NCBI RefSeq assembly: GCF_000015585.1
Contig: NC_008789.1
Coordinates: 60,001 to 92,000 of the forward strand
Source: Halorhodospira halophila SL1
GTDB taxonomy: Bacteria; Pseudomonadota; Gammaproteobacteria; Nitrococcales; Halorhodospiraceae
Direction of reading: 5' to 3'
DNA: 32,000 nucleotides
Positions within the stretch are counted from its first letter, which is position 1. Each line of letters begins with the position of its first letter. Under the pieces are notes generated by a model. It was given only the letters and a program-made list of their open reading frames with translations. It was not told where the DNA came from and did no database searches. Shown piece by piece: positions 1-12,604 of this stretch. The translations under genes and the position numbers were made by a program.

Positions 1-1
1 C

Positions 2-1033
2 TTCGGGTTCGCGGCGCAACGCCAGGTATCCCAAGGCCTGAGGCGGATGGGCGTCTTCCCGCTCAAGCGGCGCCCGGGCAGCACCACGGAACGCTCGAGC
101 ATCCCCGCTCAGGCCGTGCACTTCCTGGAGAAGCCGATGCCGGCCGCAGTGCCGCCGCAGGGCATGCGCCAGATCCTCGGCGCCGAGGAGTCGGATCACA
201 TCCCGATCATCCGGGACCCGCAACGGACCGATGAAAACAGCGAGGCGGTGTTCTACTTCCCGGGCTGTGGCCCCGAACGGCTGTTCAGTCAGGTCGGGAT
301 GGCAACCCTGGCGATGCTTCACGACTCCGGCGTCAAGACGGTGCTGCCCCCCGGCTATCTGTGCTGCGGCTACCCCCAGCATGCCGGCGGGTACATCGAC
401 CGGGCTAAGGAGATCACTACGGCCAACCGGGTCCTCCTCCACCGCGTGGCCAACACCCTGAACTACATGGACATCCAGACGGTGGTGGTCTCTTGCGGCA
501 CCTGCATCAGCCAGCTTGAGCTCTACGAGTTCAACCGGATCTTCCCGGGGTGCCGACTGATCGACATCCACGAGTTCCTGCTGGAAAAGGGCTATCGACT
601 GGAGGGCAGTAAAGAGACGCAGTACCTCTATCACGACCCCTGCCACCCGTCGATCAAGACGCAGAACCCCACGGGGGTGGCCTCGGAGCTGATGGGGCAA
701 CCGGTTCAGCTCTCCGATCGCTGCTGCGGTGAGTCGGGCATCTTCGCCGTATCGCGCCCGGACATCTCCAGCCAGGTGCGCCACCGCAAGCAGGAGGAGA
801 TCCGCCAGGGCGTGCAGTCCCTGACCGGAGCGGCGCGTGCCGAGGACGGCAACGTGCGCATGCTGACCACCTGCCCCTCCTGCCTGCAGGGATTGTCGCG
901 CTATCGCGAGGACACCGGTGTCGAGGCCGACTACATCGTCACCGAGATGGCGCGGGAGCTCCTCGGCGAGGACTGGCAGGAGCGCTTCACGGAGCAAGCG
1001 CGTAAGGGCAGTCTGGAGAAGGTGCTGCTGTAA
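2..1033 (+). CDS. C-terminal part of a large FAD-linked/Fe-S oxidoreductase (GlcF/YdiJ-like, CCG-type cysteine motifs); the 5' end lies upstream of the window
   Basis: The frame is open from base 2, with no stop before the first listed Met at 47. Motifs FPGCG...LCCGYP, SCGTC, DPCH...CCGESG and CPSC match the cysteine-rich C-terminal module of glycolate oxidase GlcF / YdiJ-type proteins. Stop TAA at 1031-1033. Confidence 0.7.
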   Translation, partial: FGFAAQRQVSQGLRRMGVFPLKRRPGSTTERSSIPAQAVHFLEKPMPAAVPPQGMRQILGAEESDHIPIIRDPQRTDENSEAVFYFPGCGPERLFSQVGMATLAMLHDSGVKTVLPPGYLCCGYPQHAGGYIDRAKEITTANRVLLHRVANTLNYMDIQTVVVSCGTCISQLELYEFNRIFPGCRLIDIHEFLLEKGYRLEGSKETQYLYHDPCHPSIKTQNPTGVASELMGQPVQLSDRCCGESGIFAVSRPDISSQVRHRKQEEIRQGVQSLTGAARAEDGNVRMLTTCPSCLQGLSRYREDTGVEADYIVTEMARELLGEDWQERFTEQARKGSLEKVLL

Positions 1034-1060
1034 GGTCAGCACCACACAGGGGGCGCAGGG

Positions 1061-1396
1061 ATGATGGAGCTACTCGACGAGTTGCTATGGCGATCCGGCA
1101 CCTGGGTGCATGGGCATGTGCACGACATCGCCCTAGCGCTGATCGCCACGCTGCTCGTCGTCTATGGCAGCAGCATCAACCGGTTCGTCGCCCGCCCCCT
1201 GCGCCCCTACCCCTGGCTGATGCGCGTCGGCGCCTTTGTCCTGATGTGCGCGTTCGGCTACGGTCTGGTCACAGTGTGGGTCACGCCGCTGCTTGCCGAA
1301 GCCCTGCTCTACATCGAGACCCGTTACCTAGGGGTGGCCGTCATCGGCGCCTTCCTGGTGATCGGCTGGCTGGCCGAGCGCCGGAACCAGATCTGA
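1061..1396 (+). CDS. Small integral membrane protein, DUF3392-like (3 predicted TM helices)
   Basis: 111-aa ORF starting ATGATG, 27 nt after the upstream stop. It has hydrophobic helices (ALALIATLLVVYG, VGAFVLMCAFGYGLVTVWV, GVAVIGAFLVIGWL). The family assignment is from memory of DUF3392 sequences, not from a search. Confidence 0.55.
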   Translation: MMELLDELLWRSGTWVHGHVHDIALALIATLLVVYGSSINRFVARPLRPYPWLMRVGAFVLMCAFGYGLVTVWVTPLLAEALLYIETRYLGVAVIGAFLVIGWLAERRNQI

Positions 1397-1434
1397 AGGC
1401 GCCCCAGCGGCTATACGACATATGGAGACCTACC

Positions 1435-2016
1435 ATGCTGATCCTGCTCCTGGGCCTGATCCTCTTCCTGGGCACCCACTCGGTCCGCGTCGTCGCCGAC
1501 GACTGGCGTTCCAACCAGATTGCCGCGTACGGCGAAATCCCCTGGAAGACCGCCTACTCGGCGCTGTCGCTTGTGGGCCTGATCATCGCCATCTACGGCT
1601 ACGGGCTGACCCGCGTCGATGCCGTCTGGGTGTGGATGCCGCCGAACTGGACGGCCCACCTGATGGCGCTGGTGATGATCCCGGCGTTCATCCTGCTCTT
1701 TTCCGCCTACGGGCCGGCCAATCGCATCCGCAACGCGGTCGGTCACCCGATGCTCCTGGCCGTGGCCCTCTGGGCGCTGGCCCACCTGATGGCCAACGGG
1801 CGGCTGGGCGATCTGGTCTTCTTCGGCGCCTTCCTGGCGTGGGCCTCGGTCACCTTCGTCGCGGCACGCGAGCGTGATCGGCGGCAGGCTGCGTCCCCCA
1901 CCCCGGCTCAGCGCTGGGGTAACGCCTGGGCCATTGGCGGCGGGCTGATCGGCTACATCGTCTTCGCCCTGTTCTTGCACATTCCGATCACCGGGGTCCC
2001 GGCCTACGCCTCGTAA
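1435..2016 (+). CDS. NnrU family membrane protein
   Basis: The in-frame ATG at 1435 (MLILLLGLILFLGTHS...) starts a multi-TM protein of about 193 aa resembling NnrU. The upstream part of ORF 1087-2016 overlaps the DUF3392-like gene in another frame and is Arg/Pro-rich junk. Confidence 0.7.
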   Translation: MLILLLGLILFLGTHSVRVVADDWRSNQIAAYGEIPWKTAYSALSLVGLIIAIYGYGLTRVDAVWVWMPPNWTAHLMALVMIPAFILLFSAYGPANRIRNAVGHPMLLAVALWALAHLMANGRLGDLVFFGAFLAWASVTFVAARERDRRQAASPTPAQRWGNAWAIGGGLIGYIVFALFLHIPITGVPAYAS

Positions 2017-2059
2017 GCCTGGCCGGCACCGGGCTGCTCCCCGCCCAAGCATCCGGGAC

Positions 2060-3517
2060 CTATCCCACGGTGCCTCCGGCAGCCCGCGACCACGCCTTGG
2101 GGAACAGGCTGACCATCGCGCCGTTGCGGTACATACCGATACCGATGGTATGGCCGCGGTGGCGCAGCACTACGTGCCCCCCCTCGCGCAGCCCGCTGCC
2201 ACGCTCCGGCCCCAGCAGCAGCGGCTCACGACGGAAAAACGCGTAGACCTCGGCCCGCTCCAACTCCAGCACCGCTCCCCGGGCGTGGTGTCCCAGCGCC
2301 ATGACCCCAGCCGTGGACGGCTTCGGAGGCCGGGTCTGGGCCCGCACGGCAGGGATGCCGCTGCGCACGACCGGGATTCCGCCCGCTGCGGTGTGATCCG
2401 CCGCCACGACCTTGGCGTACTTGCTGCCCTCAAAGAACGCGGTCAGTCCATCGAGCACCTCAGCCGACACCCCGAGCTCATCCTCAAAGGTCTGCAGCAA
2501 GGTGCGGGCGCGCGGCTCTTCCGGCAGGGGTAGCGGGTCCTCCGACTGGCTGCTCCCGTCGTCGACACGCCGCAGTAGGGCCACGAAAAACCCGCCGGTG
2601 TCGTTGTGGTGGGGCCAGAGGCGGCCACAGGCGGCCATGTCGGCGCCGAAGTCGACTCCGTCCCACGCCTCCAGTCCCGGGCTCAGCTGCAGGCCGGCGA
2701 CCCGCGCAGGGATCAACTCGAACGCCCCGGAACAACGGGCCAGCGCCGCGGCGACCACGGCCTCGTTCTCCTCCGGAGCGAAGGTGCATGTCGAGTAGAC
2801 CACGGTGCCCCCGGGGCGGGTCAGCGCCATGCCGCGCAGCAACAGGCGCTGCTGCCGCTGGACAAGCCGCTGGCGGAACGCAGGGGACGTCGGCTCGGCC
2901 GCCGTGGCCGTCTTACGGAAGGTACCCTCGCAGCTGCACGGTGCGTCGACCACGACCTTATCGAAACGCCCGGCGGCCCAAGGCATGCCCTGGCCATCGC
3001 GGACGGTCTGCGAGACATTGACCACCCCGTGGCGCTTCACCGCCTGCCCCAGCGCGCCCAGCCGACCCGCGCTTGCATCGTTGGCGACCACGGTGCCCCG
3101 ATTACCCAGGGCATCCGCCACCTGGACGGTCTTGTTCCCCGGCGCCGCGCACAGATCGAGGACTCGCTCACCCGGCCGGGGATCGAGCAGCTGCACAGGA
3201 AGGAGCGAGGCCGCCTCCTGGATCTGGTAGAGGCCGGCGATGGCGCCCCAGTGGTGCCCGGGGCGAAACCCTCCGTCCACGAGCAAGGCATCCCCCTGCC
3301 AGCCCAGCGGGCGGGGATCCCAACCCTCATCACGCAGCAGCTTGTCCAACTCATCCCGGGTGAGGCGAGTCGTGTTGGCGCGCAGACACGGGCTCAGGGG
3401 GCGTTGCAGCGCGTCGCAGAACGCCTGCCAATCGTCGATCACCGCTCGATAACGCGTGTAGGCGCTCTCCCCGCGAGCGAGATCCTCGGGCGGCTGGTAT
3501 CGCTCTCGTCGGGCCAC
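2060..3517 (-). CDS. rsmF: 16S rRNA (cytosine-C5)-methyltransferase, RsmF/YebU-like (NOL1/NOP2/Sun family)
   Basis: Carries the SAM-binding motif LDLCAAPGNKT and the catalytic motifs DAPCSCEGTFRK and YSTCT. The likely start is GTG at 3517, preceded by GGAGGG (revcomp of 3521-3530), giving about 485 aa. The longer 589-aa ORF has a Pro/Gly-rich, non-homologous N-terminus. Confidence 0.8.
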   Translation of the reverse strand: MARRERYQPPEDLARGESAYTRYRAVIDDWQAFCDALQRPLSPCLRANTTRLTRDELDKLLRDEGWDPRPLGWQGDALLVDGGFRPGHHWGAIAGLYQIQEAASLLPVQLLDPRPGERVLDLCAAPGNKTVQVADALGNRGTVVANDASAGRLGALGQAVKRHGVVNVSQTVRDGQGMPWAAGRFDKVVVDAPCSCEGTFRKTATAAEPTSPAFRQRLVQRQQRLLLRGMALTRPGGTVVYSTCTFAPEENEAVVAAALARCSGAFELIPARVAGLQLSPGLEAWDGVDFGADMAACGRLWPHHNDTGGFFVALLRRVDDGSSQSEDPLPLPEEPRARTLLQTFEDELGVSAEVLDGLTAFFEGSKYAKVVAADHTAAGGIPVVRSGIPAVRAQTRPPKPSTAGVMALGHHARGAVLELERAEVYAFFRREPLLLGPERGSGLREGGHVVLRHRGHTIGIGMYRNGAMVSLFPKAWSRAAGGTVG

Positions 3518-3691
3518 GATCCCTCCAGGAAAAACGCCACAGTTTAACCCCGCCGGGATGGTCCCGACACGGTCTCCCCTCCCTCGACGGTCCAACACCC
3601 CTCCAGATTGTGAGAAACTCTGCTGGGGGGAATGGCTGATCCACGACGGTCGCCCCAAAGCATGGACCGGGGCTGTATCAGGAGGGCCAGG

Positions 3692-6202
3692 ATGCGACGA
3701 GGAGGGGATTACGGGCGGCCATCGGTTATCCCCGGCAGCATCGCAGGTCGATACCCCGTCGGCGGGCAGACCTGGCTGGCGGCACTTGATGCCATCGAGG
3801 TGCCGATCTTCATCCACGACGCCGAACACCGGGTCATCGAGGCCAACCGGGCCTACTACCAGCAGGCTGGCCTGGCCCCCGAGGAGATCCTCGGCCGCCC
3901 CTACTATGAGATCTTCCCCCTGTGCGACGGTCCCCTACCCGGCTGCCGTCACGGACTCCAGGCCGCTCACCCCGAGGGCGACGAAGCCTCCCCAACAAGC
4001 AGCGAGGCGGTGGAGGAGTACTTCACCACCGATGCTGGCCATACCTTCCTGTCGCGTTCTTTCACCGTCCATGATGAGGATGGTGCCTACCGGCACTCAG
4101 TGCACATCCTCGAGAACATCACCCGGCGCCGCCGTGCCGAACAGGACCAGAAGCGGATCCACCAGGCGCTGCTTGAGCGGGAGGAGCAGCTCCACCGGCT
4201 GTTCGAGAACATGACTGAGGGCGTCTTGGTGGTCACGCCCGACGGTACTGTGCGTTACGCCAACCCGAGTGCTGCGAACCTCTTTGCCCGGGACAGTACG
4301 GCCTTGATTGGCGCGGTGATCGGCCTGCCGATCGGTGGACCGGATGCTCAGGAGATCGGGCTGCGCAGCCCCGCTGGGGAACTGCGTACCGTAGAGATGC
4401 GCGTACGCGAGATCCGCTGGCACGAACAACCGGCGCATCTGCTCAACCTGCGGGACGTCACCGAGCGTAAGCACATCGAGACCGAACTGCGCCGAGCCGC
4501 CATCGTCTTCGAAGAGGCCCATGAAGCGATCCTGGTCACCGATGCGGAGCAGCGCGTCATTACGGCCAACCCCGCCTTCACCGAGATGACCGGTTACACC
4601 GAGCAGGAGGTCCTTGGCAAGGACCTGGCACTGCTCCGGTCGGGGTTCCACGACGAGTCGTTCTATACGGCCATTGACGACGCCCTGGCCAAGCAGGGCT
4701 ACTGGACCGGCGAGATGTGGAACCGCTGCCGGGACGGCACCACCTTCGCCACCCTGGTCACGGTGCGCGCGATCTACGACGACGCCGGGCACCTCACGCA
4801 CTACCTGGCGGTTCTGGCCGACATCTCCCGCCTGAAGGAGTACCAGAGCCAGCTTGAGCGGATCATGCACTCCGATCCGCTCACCGGCCTGCCCAACCGG
4901 CTGGTCTTCCAGGACCGTCTCCATCAGGCGCTGGTAGCCAACCAGAAACAGACCGGATTCTTCGCGGTCCTCTCCCTCGACCTGAACGATCTCAAGGCGA
5001 TCAATTACAGCCTCGGACATGCGGTGGGCGATGCCATCCTGCAGCAGCTGGCCGAGCGGCTGCGCAACGCGCTCTGTGAGGAGCACACCGTGGCGCGCCT
5101 GGGCGGGGATGAATTCGGTGTTCTACTCCTCGGCGTCCGCGACGCCAGCGAGGTCGCAGCGATTACCGAGGACCTGAGCAAGGGGCTCGATGAACCCTTT
5201 CAGATCGCCGATCGAGCGATCCCCATCGCAGCGAGCATCGGCATTGCCGTCTACCCCGAACAAGATGCCGGCGCGGCGGATCTCTTCCAGCAGGCCAACG
5301 CCGCCATGCACCAGGCCAAGCGCGAGGGTGTGAGTTACCGCTTCTTCAGTGAGGACCTCACCGAACAGGCCCGGGAACGGGTTCAGCTCGGCAGCGAACT
5401 CCGCGAGGCGCTCAACCAGGGTGCTCTGGAACTGCACTACCAGCCCCAGATCGACCTGAGCAGCGGCGCCTGGGTCGGTTTGGAGGCCCTGATCCGCTGG
5501 CACCATCCGGTTCAGGGGTGGATCAGCCCGGAGCGGTTCATCCCGGTGGCCGAACGCATCGGCCTGGTGACCACACTGGGCGCCTGGGTCCTAGAGCAGG
5601 CCTGCCGACAGGGGCGCATCTGGCTGGATGCCGGCTTCGAATTCGGCCGTCTGGGGGTCAACTTTGCCGCCCCCGAACTGAGTGCCCCCGACCTGGCCGA
5701 GCGCGTGCTGGCGGCATTGGATCGGGCCCGGCTGCCCGCACGATATCTGGAGATCGAGGTGACGGAGCGCCTTCTGGTGGATCCGGATCCGGAGGTGATT
5801 CAGCAGTTGCAGCTACTCCGCAATCACGGGGTCACCGTGGCCCTGGATGACTTCGGAACCGGGTACTCGGCTCTGAGCTATCTCCGCGACCTGCCGGTGG
5901 ATCGACTGAAGATCGACCGGAGCTTCGTCGACGGCCTGCCCGACGACGAACGCACCCTGGCCATCGCTCAGGCCATCGCCGGTCTCGGTCGGAACCTCGG
6001 CTTCACCATCATCGCCGAGGGCGTCGAGACGCCCGCCCAGCGCGAGGCACTAATCGGGATCGGCTGCCCCTGGGCCCAGGGTTTCCTGTTCGGCCGTCCC
6101 GCCCCCGTCGCCGGCATCGAGGCGCTCGCCCCGCACTTCCCCCGTACCGACACCGAGGGCGGTCACAGTCGAGGGGGTGGTGACGCCGGTCGCGCGAAGT
6201 AG
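3692..6202 (+). CDS. Multi-PAS sensor with diguanylate cyclase (GGDEF) and phosphodiesterase (EAL) domains
   Basis: Repeated PAS-like segments, an intact GGDEF motif (RLGGDEFGVLL), and EAL-domain motifs (LEALIRW, DDFGTGYSALSYL, KIDRSF, EGVETPAQ, QGFLFGRP). The ATG at 3692 has GGAGGG 5 nt upstream. In-frame ATGs at 3632 and 3662 are alternative starts. Confidence 0.85.
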   Translation: MRRGGDYGRPSVIPGSIAGRYPVGGQTWLAALDAIEVPIFIHDAEHRVIEANRAYYQQAGLAPEEILGRPYYEIFPLCDGPLPGCRHGLQAAHPEGDEASPTSSEAVEEYFTTDAGHTFLSRSFTVHDEDGAYRHSVHILENITRRRRAEQDQKRIHQALLEREEQLHRLFENMTEGVLVVTPDGTVRYANPSAANLFARDSTALIGAVIGLPIGGPDAQEIGLRSPAGELRTVEMRVREIRWHEQPAHLLNLRDVTERKHIETELRRAAIVFEEAHEAILVTDAEQRVITANPAFTEMTGYTEQEVLGKDLALLRSGFHDESFYTAIDDALAKQGYWTGEMWNRCRDGTTFATLVTVRAIYDDAGHLTHYLAVLADISRLKEYQSQLERIMHSDPLTGLPNRLVFQDRLHQALVANQKQTGFFAVLSLDLNDLKAINYSLGHAVGDAILQQLAERLRNALCEEHTVARLGGDEFGVLLLGVRDASEVAAITEDLSKGLDEPFQIADRAIPIAASIGIAVYPEQDAGAADLFQQANAAMHQAKREGVSYRFFSEDLTEQARERVQLGSELREALNQGALELHYQPQIDLSSGAWVGLEALIRWHHPVQGWISPERFIPVAERIGLVTTLGAWVLEQACRQGRIWLDAGFEFGRLGVNFAAPELSAPDLAERVLAALDRARLPARYLEIEVTERLLVDPDPEVIQQLQLLRNHGVTVALDDFGTGYSALSYLRDLPVDRLKIDRSFVDGLPDDERTLAIAQAIAGLGRNLGFTIIAEGVETPAQREALIGIGCPWAQGFLFGRPAPVAGIEALAPHFPRTDTEGGHSRGGGDAGRAK

Positions 6203-7236
6203 AACCCCTGGACCAGATCGATCCCCGCTGCGCGCAGCCACTCGAACTCCTCCCGCTCCTCGATCCCCTCCCCGACGGTGGTGATCCCCAGATTGCGGGC
6301 CATGCTGACCATCGCCTCGACGATGGTGGCCTGACCAGGGTTGTGGTGTACGTGCCGAATCAGCTCGCGGTCGATCTTAACGAAATCCGGCTCCAGGTCC
6401 TTGAGCAAGTTCAGGGACCCGTAGCCGGCACCGAGATCGTCCAGGGCGATGCGGAAGCCGCCCTGCCGATACTCATCGACGATGTGGCGCAGGTGGCGAT
6501 GATCGGTGATCGCCTCGCTTTCCACCACCTCAAACACGATGCGGCGCGGATCCAGGCCGAGCTTCTCTACAGCCCCCACGGTGGTCCGCAGGCAGAAAGC
6601 CGGGTCGTAGATGGCCGTGGGCCGGAAGTTGATGAACAGATTCTCCTGGACCCCCTGGGCGTGGCTATCGCGGATCGCCGCCACGCGCGCCAGACGATCG
6701 AGGTAGAACTCCAGATCAGCCAGCTCCGCTGCCCGGAACATCGACCCGGGCGGGATCGTCCCCCCGTCGGCATCGACCCCGCGCATCAGGCACTCGTAGG
6801 CGTAGACGCGCTGCGCCTCCCGCGCCTCGACGATGGGCTGGTAGTGGATCTGCACCCGCTCGCTGCGGATCGTATCCAGCAGCCAATCATGCTCGGCACG
6901 CGCCACCCAGGTGGATAGCGGGCGGGCCTGGAACAACGATCCGGCATCGAACGCCGCGCCCTGCTCCATGAAGACGGCGGAGCCCGCGGCCATCTCCGGC
7001 TCGCTCATCAGCGGCTCCAGGGCAGCGAGCAGCGCCGGCAGGGACTGTGCCGGCACCTCGACCCCCATGACCCCCGCAGCGGGGAAGCGGATCCGCCAGC
7101 CCGCATCACCCAGATGCACGTAAACACGGTCCCGCGTGTGCTGCAGCGGCGGAGCCAGGTAGAACGTCCCCGGCGCTTCGCTGAGATCCGGCAGTTCCGG
7201 GCTACCGGGGCAAATGGTCGGGACTTCGATGGTCAT
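6163..7236 (-). CDS. EAL-domain c-di-GMP phosphodiesterase with an uncharacterised N-terminal domain of about 115 aa
   Basis: EAL-domain motifs are present: YQPIV...YAYECLMRG (ECL variant of EAL), FINFRP, FEVVESE, LDDLGAGYGSLNLL, KIDRELI, EGIEEREE and QGFYFARP. The ATG at 7236 (MTIEVPT) has GAGGGAG about 12 nt upstream. The longer ORF running to 7482 looks non-coding. Confidence 0.8.
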   Translation of the reverse strand: MTIEVPTICPGSPELPDLSEAPGTFYLAPPLQHTRDRVYVHLGDAGWRIRFPAAGVMGVEVPAQSLPALLAALEPLMSEPEMAAGSAVFMEQGAAFDAGSLFQARPLSTWVARAEHDWLLDTIRSERVQIHYQPIVEAREAQRVYAYECLMRGVDADGGTIPPGSMFRAAELADLEFYLDRLARVAAIRDSHAQGVQENLFINFRPTAIYDPAFCLRTTVGAVEKLGLDPRRIVFEVVESEAITDHRHLRHIVDEYRQGGFRIALDDLGAGYGSLNLLKDLEPDFVKIDRELIRHVHHNPGQATIVEAMVSMARNLGITTVGEGIEEREEFEWLRAAGIDLVQGFYFARPASPPPRL

Positions 7237-7271
7237 CGCTGCGCTGTTCTCCCTCGACCGCAGAGGCTCCT

Positions 7272-7312
7272 CACTGCGGCGGGCAAAGCCCCGCCGTGCC
7301 GCAGTGCTTTTG
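7272..7312 (+). promoter_or_regulatory. Hairpin CACTGCGGC...GCCGCAGTG followed by CTTTTG in the divergent EAL / KaiC-like-PPDK_N intergenic region
   Basis: 9-bp perfect outer stem (7272-7280 / 7298-7306) with an inner GGGC/GCCC pairing and a T-rich tail on the plus strand. It lies about 35 nt upstream of the EAL start and about 95 nt upstream of the ATG at 7406. Confidence 0.3.
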
Positions 7313-7405
7313 ATCCTCAGCGTAATGCATTGTCCCGGCGAGTCCCATAGGCCGATCGTGGGTTCTGGCACAATAGCGTGTGTCCACCACGACTCGGAGC
7401 CGCTT

Positions 7406-11478
<4,073 letters not shown>

Positions 11479-11480
11479 CT

Positions 11481-11516
11481 AAAAACGGACCCGTGTGCAC
11501 CATCCCGGTGCCACGG
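11481..11516 (-). terminator. Intrinsic-terminator-like hairpin, candidate end of the rnf-PFOR operon
   Basis: On the minus strand: CCGTGGCACC-GGGAT-GGTGCACACGG, a 10-bp stem with one bulged base. It is followed by GTCCGTTTTT (T5 after a 5-nt spacer), 40 nt downstream of the 47-aa ORF stop. Confidence 0.4.
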
Positions 11517-11555
11517 CGGCGGCCTCCGTGCGGCATACGGTGGCCGTTGAGCAGC

Positions 11556-11699
11556 TCAGACGCCGCGAATTGCGCCTGCCATCCGCTCGATGCCGGCGAG
11601 GGTGAAGACCAGAATAATCAGGATGATCAGCAGTGCCACCGACCAAGTCAGTACACGCCCCCAGAACGTGCCCTCAAGAATCTCTCGCAAGCGGCCCAT
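11556..11699 (-). CDS. Possible 47-aa single-TM membrane peptide (MGRLREILEGTFWGRVLTWSVALLIILIILVFTLAGIERMAGAIRGV)
   Basis: Hand-translated; it falls below the 60-aa cut-off of the ORF track. ATG at 11697-11699, TGA at 11556-11558, mostly G/C third positions. It sits between the Cys-rich ORF and the first terminator-like hairpin on this strand. The SD is weak (GAGAG about 14 nt upstream). Confidence 0.35.
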   Translation of the reverse strand: MGRLREILEGTFWGRVLTWSVALLIILIILVFTLAGIERMAGAIRGV

Positions 11700-11809
11700 A
11701 ACGATACCCAATCTCTCGCGACCACGGTCTCGGCCTCATCGAGAGTTTGATGCAGCTTGCTCCCGCTCGTTCCTGGCTGCGACATCAAGCCGTGGGCAGC
11801 TTTGCCACG

Positions 11810-12019
11810 TCACTTTTGGCCCCCCGACGGTCCCTTGCCGCACATGTCCGCGATCGCGCAGATCCCGCACCCCCCATGCCCCGAGCCGTCGCCCTCCTGC
11901 GGGGCGCCCGGCCCGATCTCCGGGTGACGGCGCGCAAAACGCTGCGCCGCGCCCTGAACGCCGACCCAGCCGACCACCAGCGCAAAGATGACCAGAGAGG
12001 CCACAACGTAGGTTCCCAT
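11810..12019 (-). CDS. 69-aa membrane-anchored Cys-rich peptide (N-terminal TM helix, C-terminal GGCGICAIADMCG motif), NqrM- or FeoB-associated-peptide-like
   Basis: The ATG at 12017-12019 lies only 3 nt after the rnfA stop. Third positions are G/C-rich. The layout is a TM helix VVASLVIFALVVGWVGV followed by a Gly-rich tail with three Cys. Confidence 0.65.
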   Translation of the reverse strand: MGTYVVASLVIFALVVGWVGVQGAAQRFARRHPEIGPGAPQEGDGSGHGGCGICAIADMCGKGPSGGQK

Positions 12020-12022
12020 CGG

Positions 12023-12604
12023 TCACCCTCCGAGTCCGGCGAAGCCCATGAACGCCAGGGACAGCACCCCGGCCAACATCAGGCTCATCGCCGCGCCGCG
12101 GGCCACTGAAGGCACGTCGGACAGATCGACCTGCTCACGTAGACCCGCCATCAGCACGATCGCCAGGATGAAGCCAGCGCCGGCGCCCAGGCTGTAGGTC
12201 AACGACTGCAGGAAGTTGTACTCATAGCTGGTCTGGAACAGCGCCACACCCAGGATCGCGCAGTTCGTCGTGATCAACGGCAGGAAGATGCCCAGCGCCC
12301 GGTAGAGGGGCGGGCTGAACTTCTTCACGAACATCTCCACCAGCTGCACCGCCGACGCGATGACCGCGATGTAGGCGATCAGGCTCAGGAACTCGAGCTC
12401 GAAATAGCCCAGCACGATGTTGATGCCGTAGGCGGCCAGCGACGCGATCAGCATGACGAAGGCACTCGCCACGCCCATCGGGAAGGCCGTGCCCAGTTTG
12501 CCCGAAACGCCCAGGATCGGGCAGATCCCAAGGAACAGGGCGAGCACGAAGTTGTTGATGATCGCCGCGTTGAGGAAGATGTAACTTAGGGAATCAGCGT
12601 CCAT
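12023..12604 (-). CDS. rnfA: Rnf complex subunit A
   Basis: 193 aa from MDADSLSYIFLNAAIINNFVLALFLGICP, a typical RnfA/NqrE sequence. Its start overlaps the rnfE 3' end by 11 nt. The 20 codons upstream in the ORF track begin at TTG and are Arg/Pro-rich. Confidence 0.9.
   Translation of the reverse strand: MDADSLSYIFLNAAIINNFVLALFLGICPILGVSGKLGTAFPMGVASAFVMLIASLAAYGINIVLGYFELEFLSLIAYIAVIASAVQLVEMFVKKFSPPLYRALGIFLPLITTNCAILGVALFQTSYEYNFLQSLTYSLGAGAGFILAIVLMAGLREQVDLSDVPSVARGAAMSLMLAGVLSLAFMGFAGLGG

Noticed and set aside
11495-11516. TGGCAC...TGCA on the minus strand upstream of gdhA, resembling a sigma-54 -24/-12 element
   Set aside because: The GG-to-GC spacing is about 14 nt instead of the required 12, and the sequence is better explained as one arm of the terminator-like hairpin.
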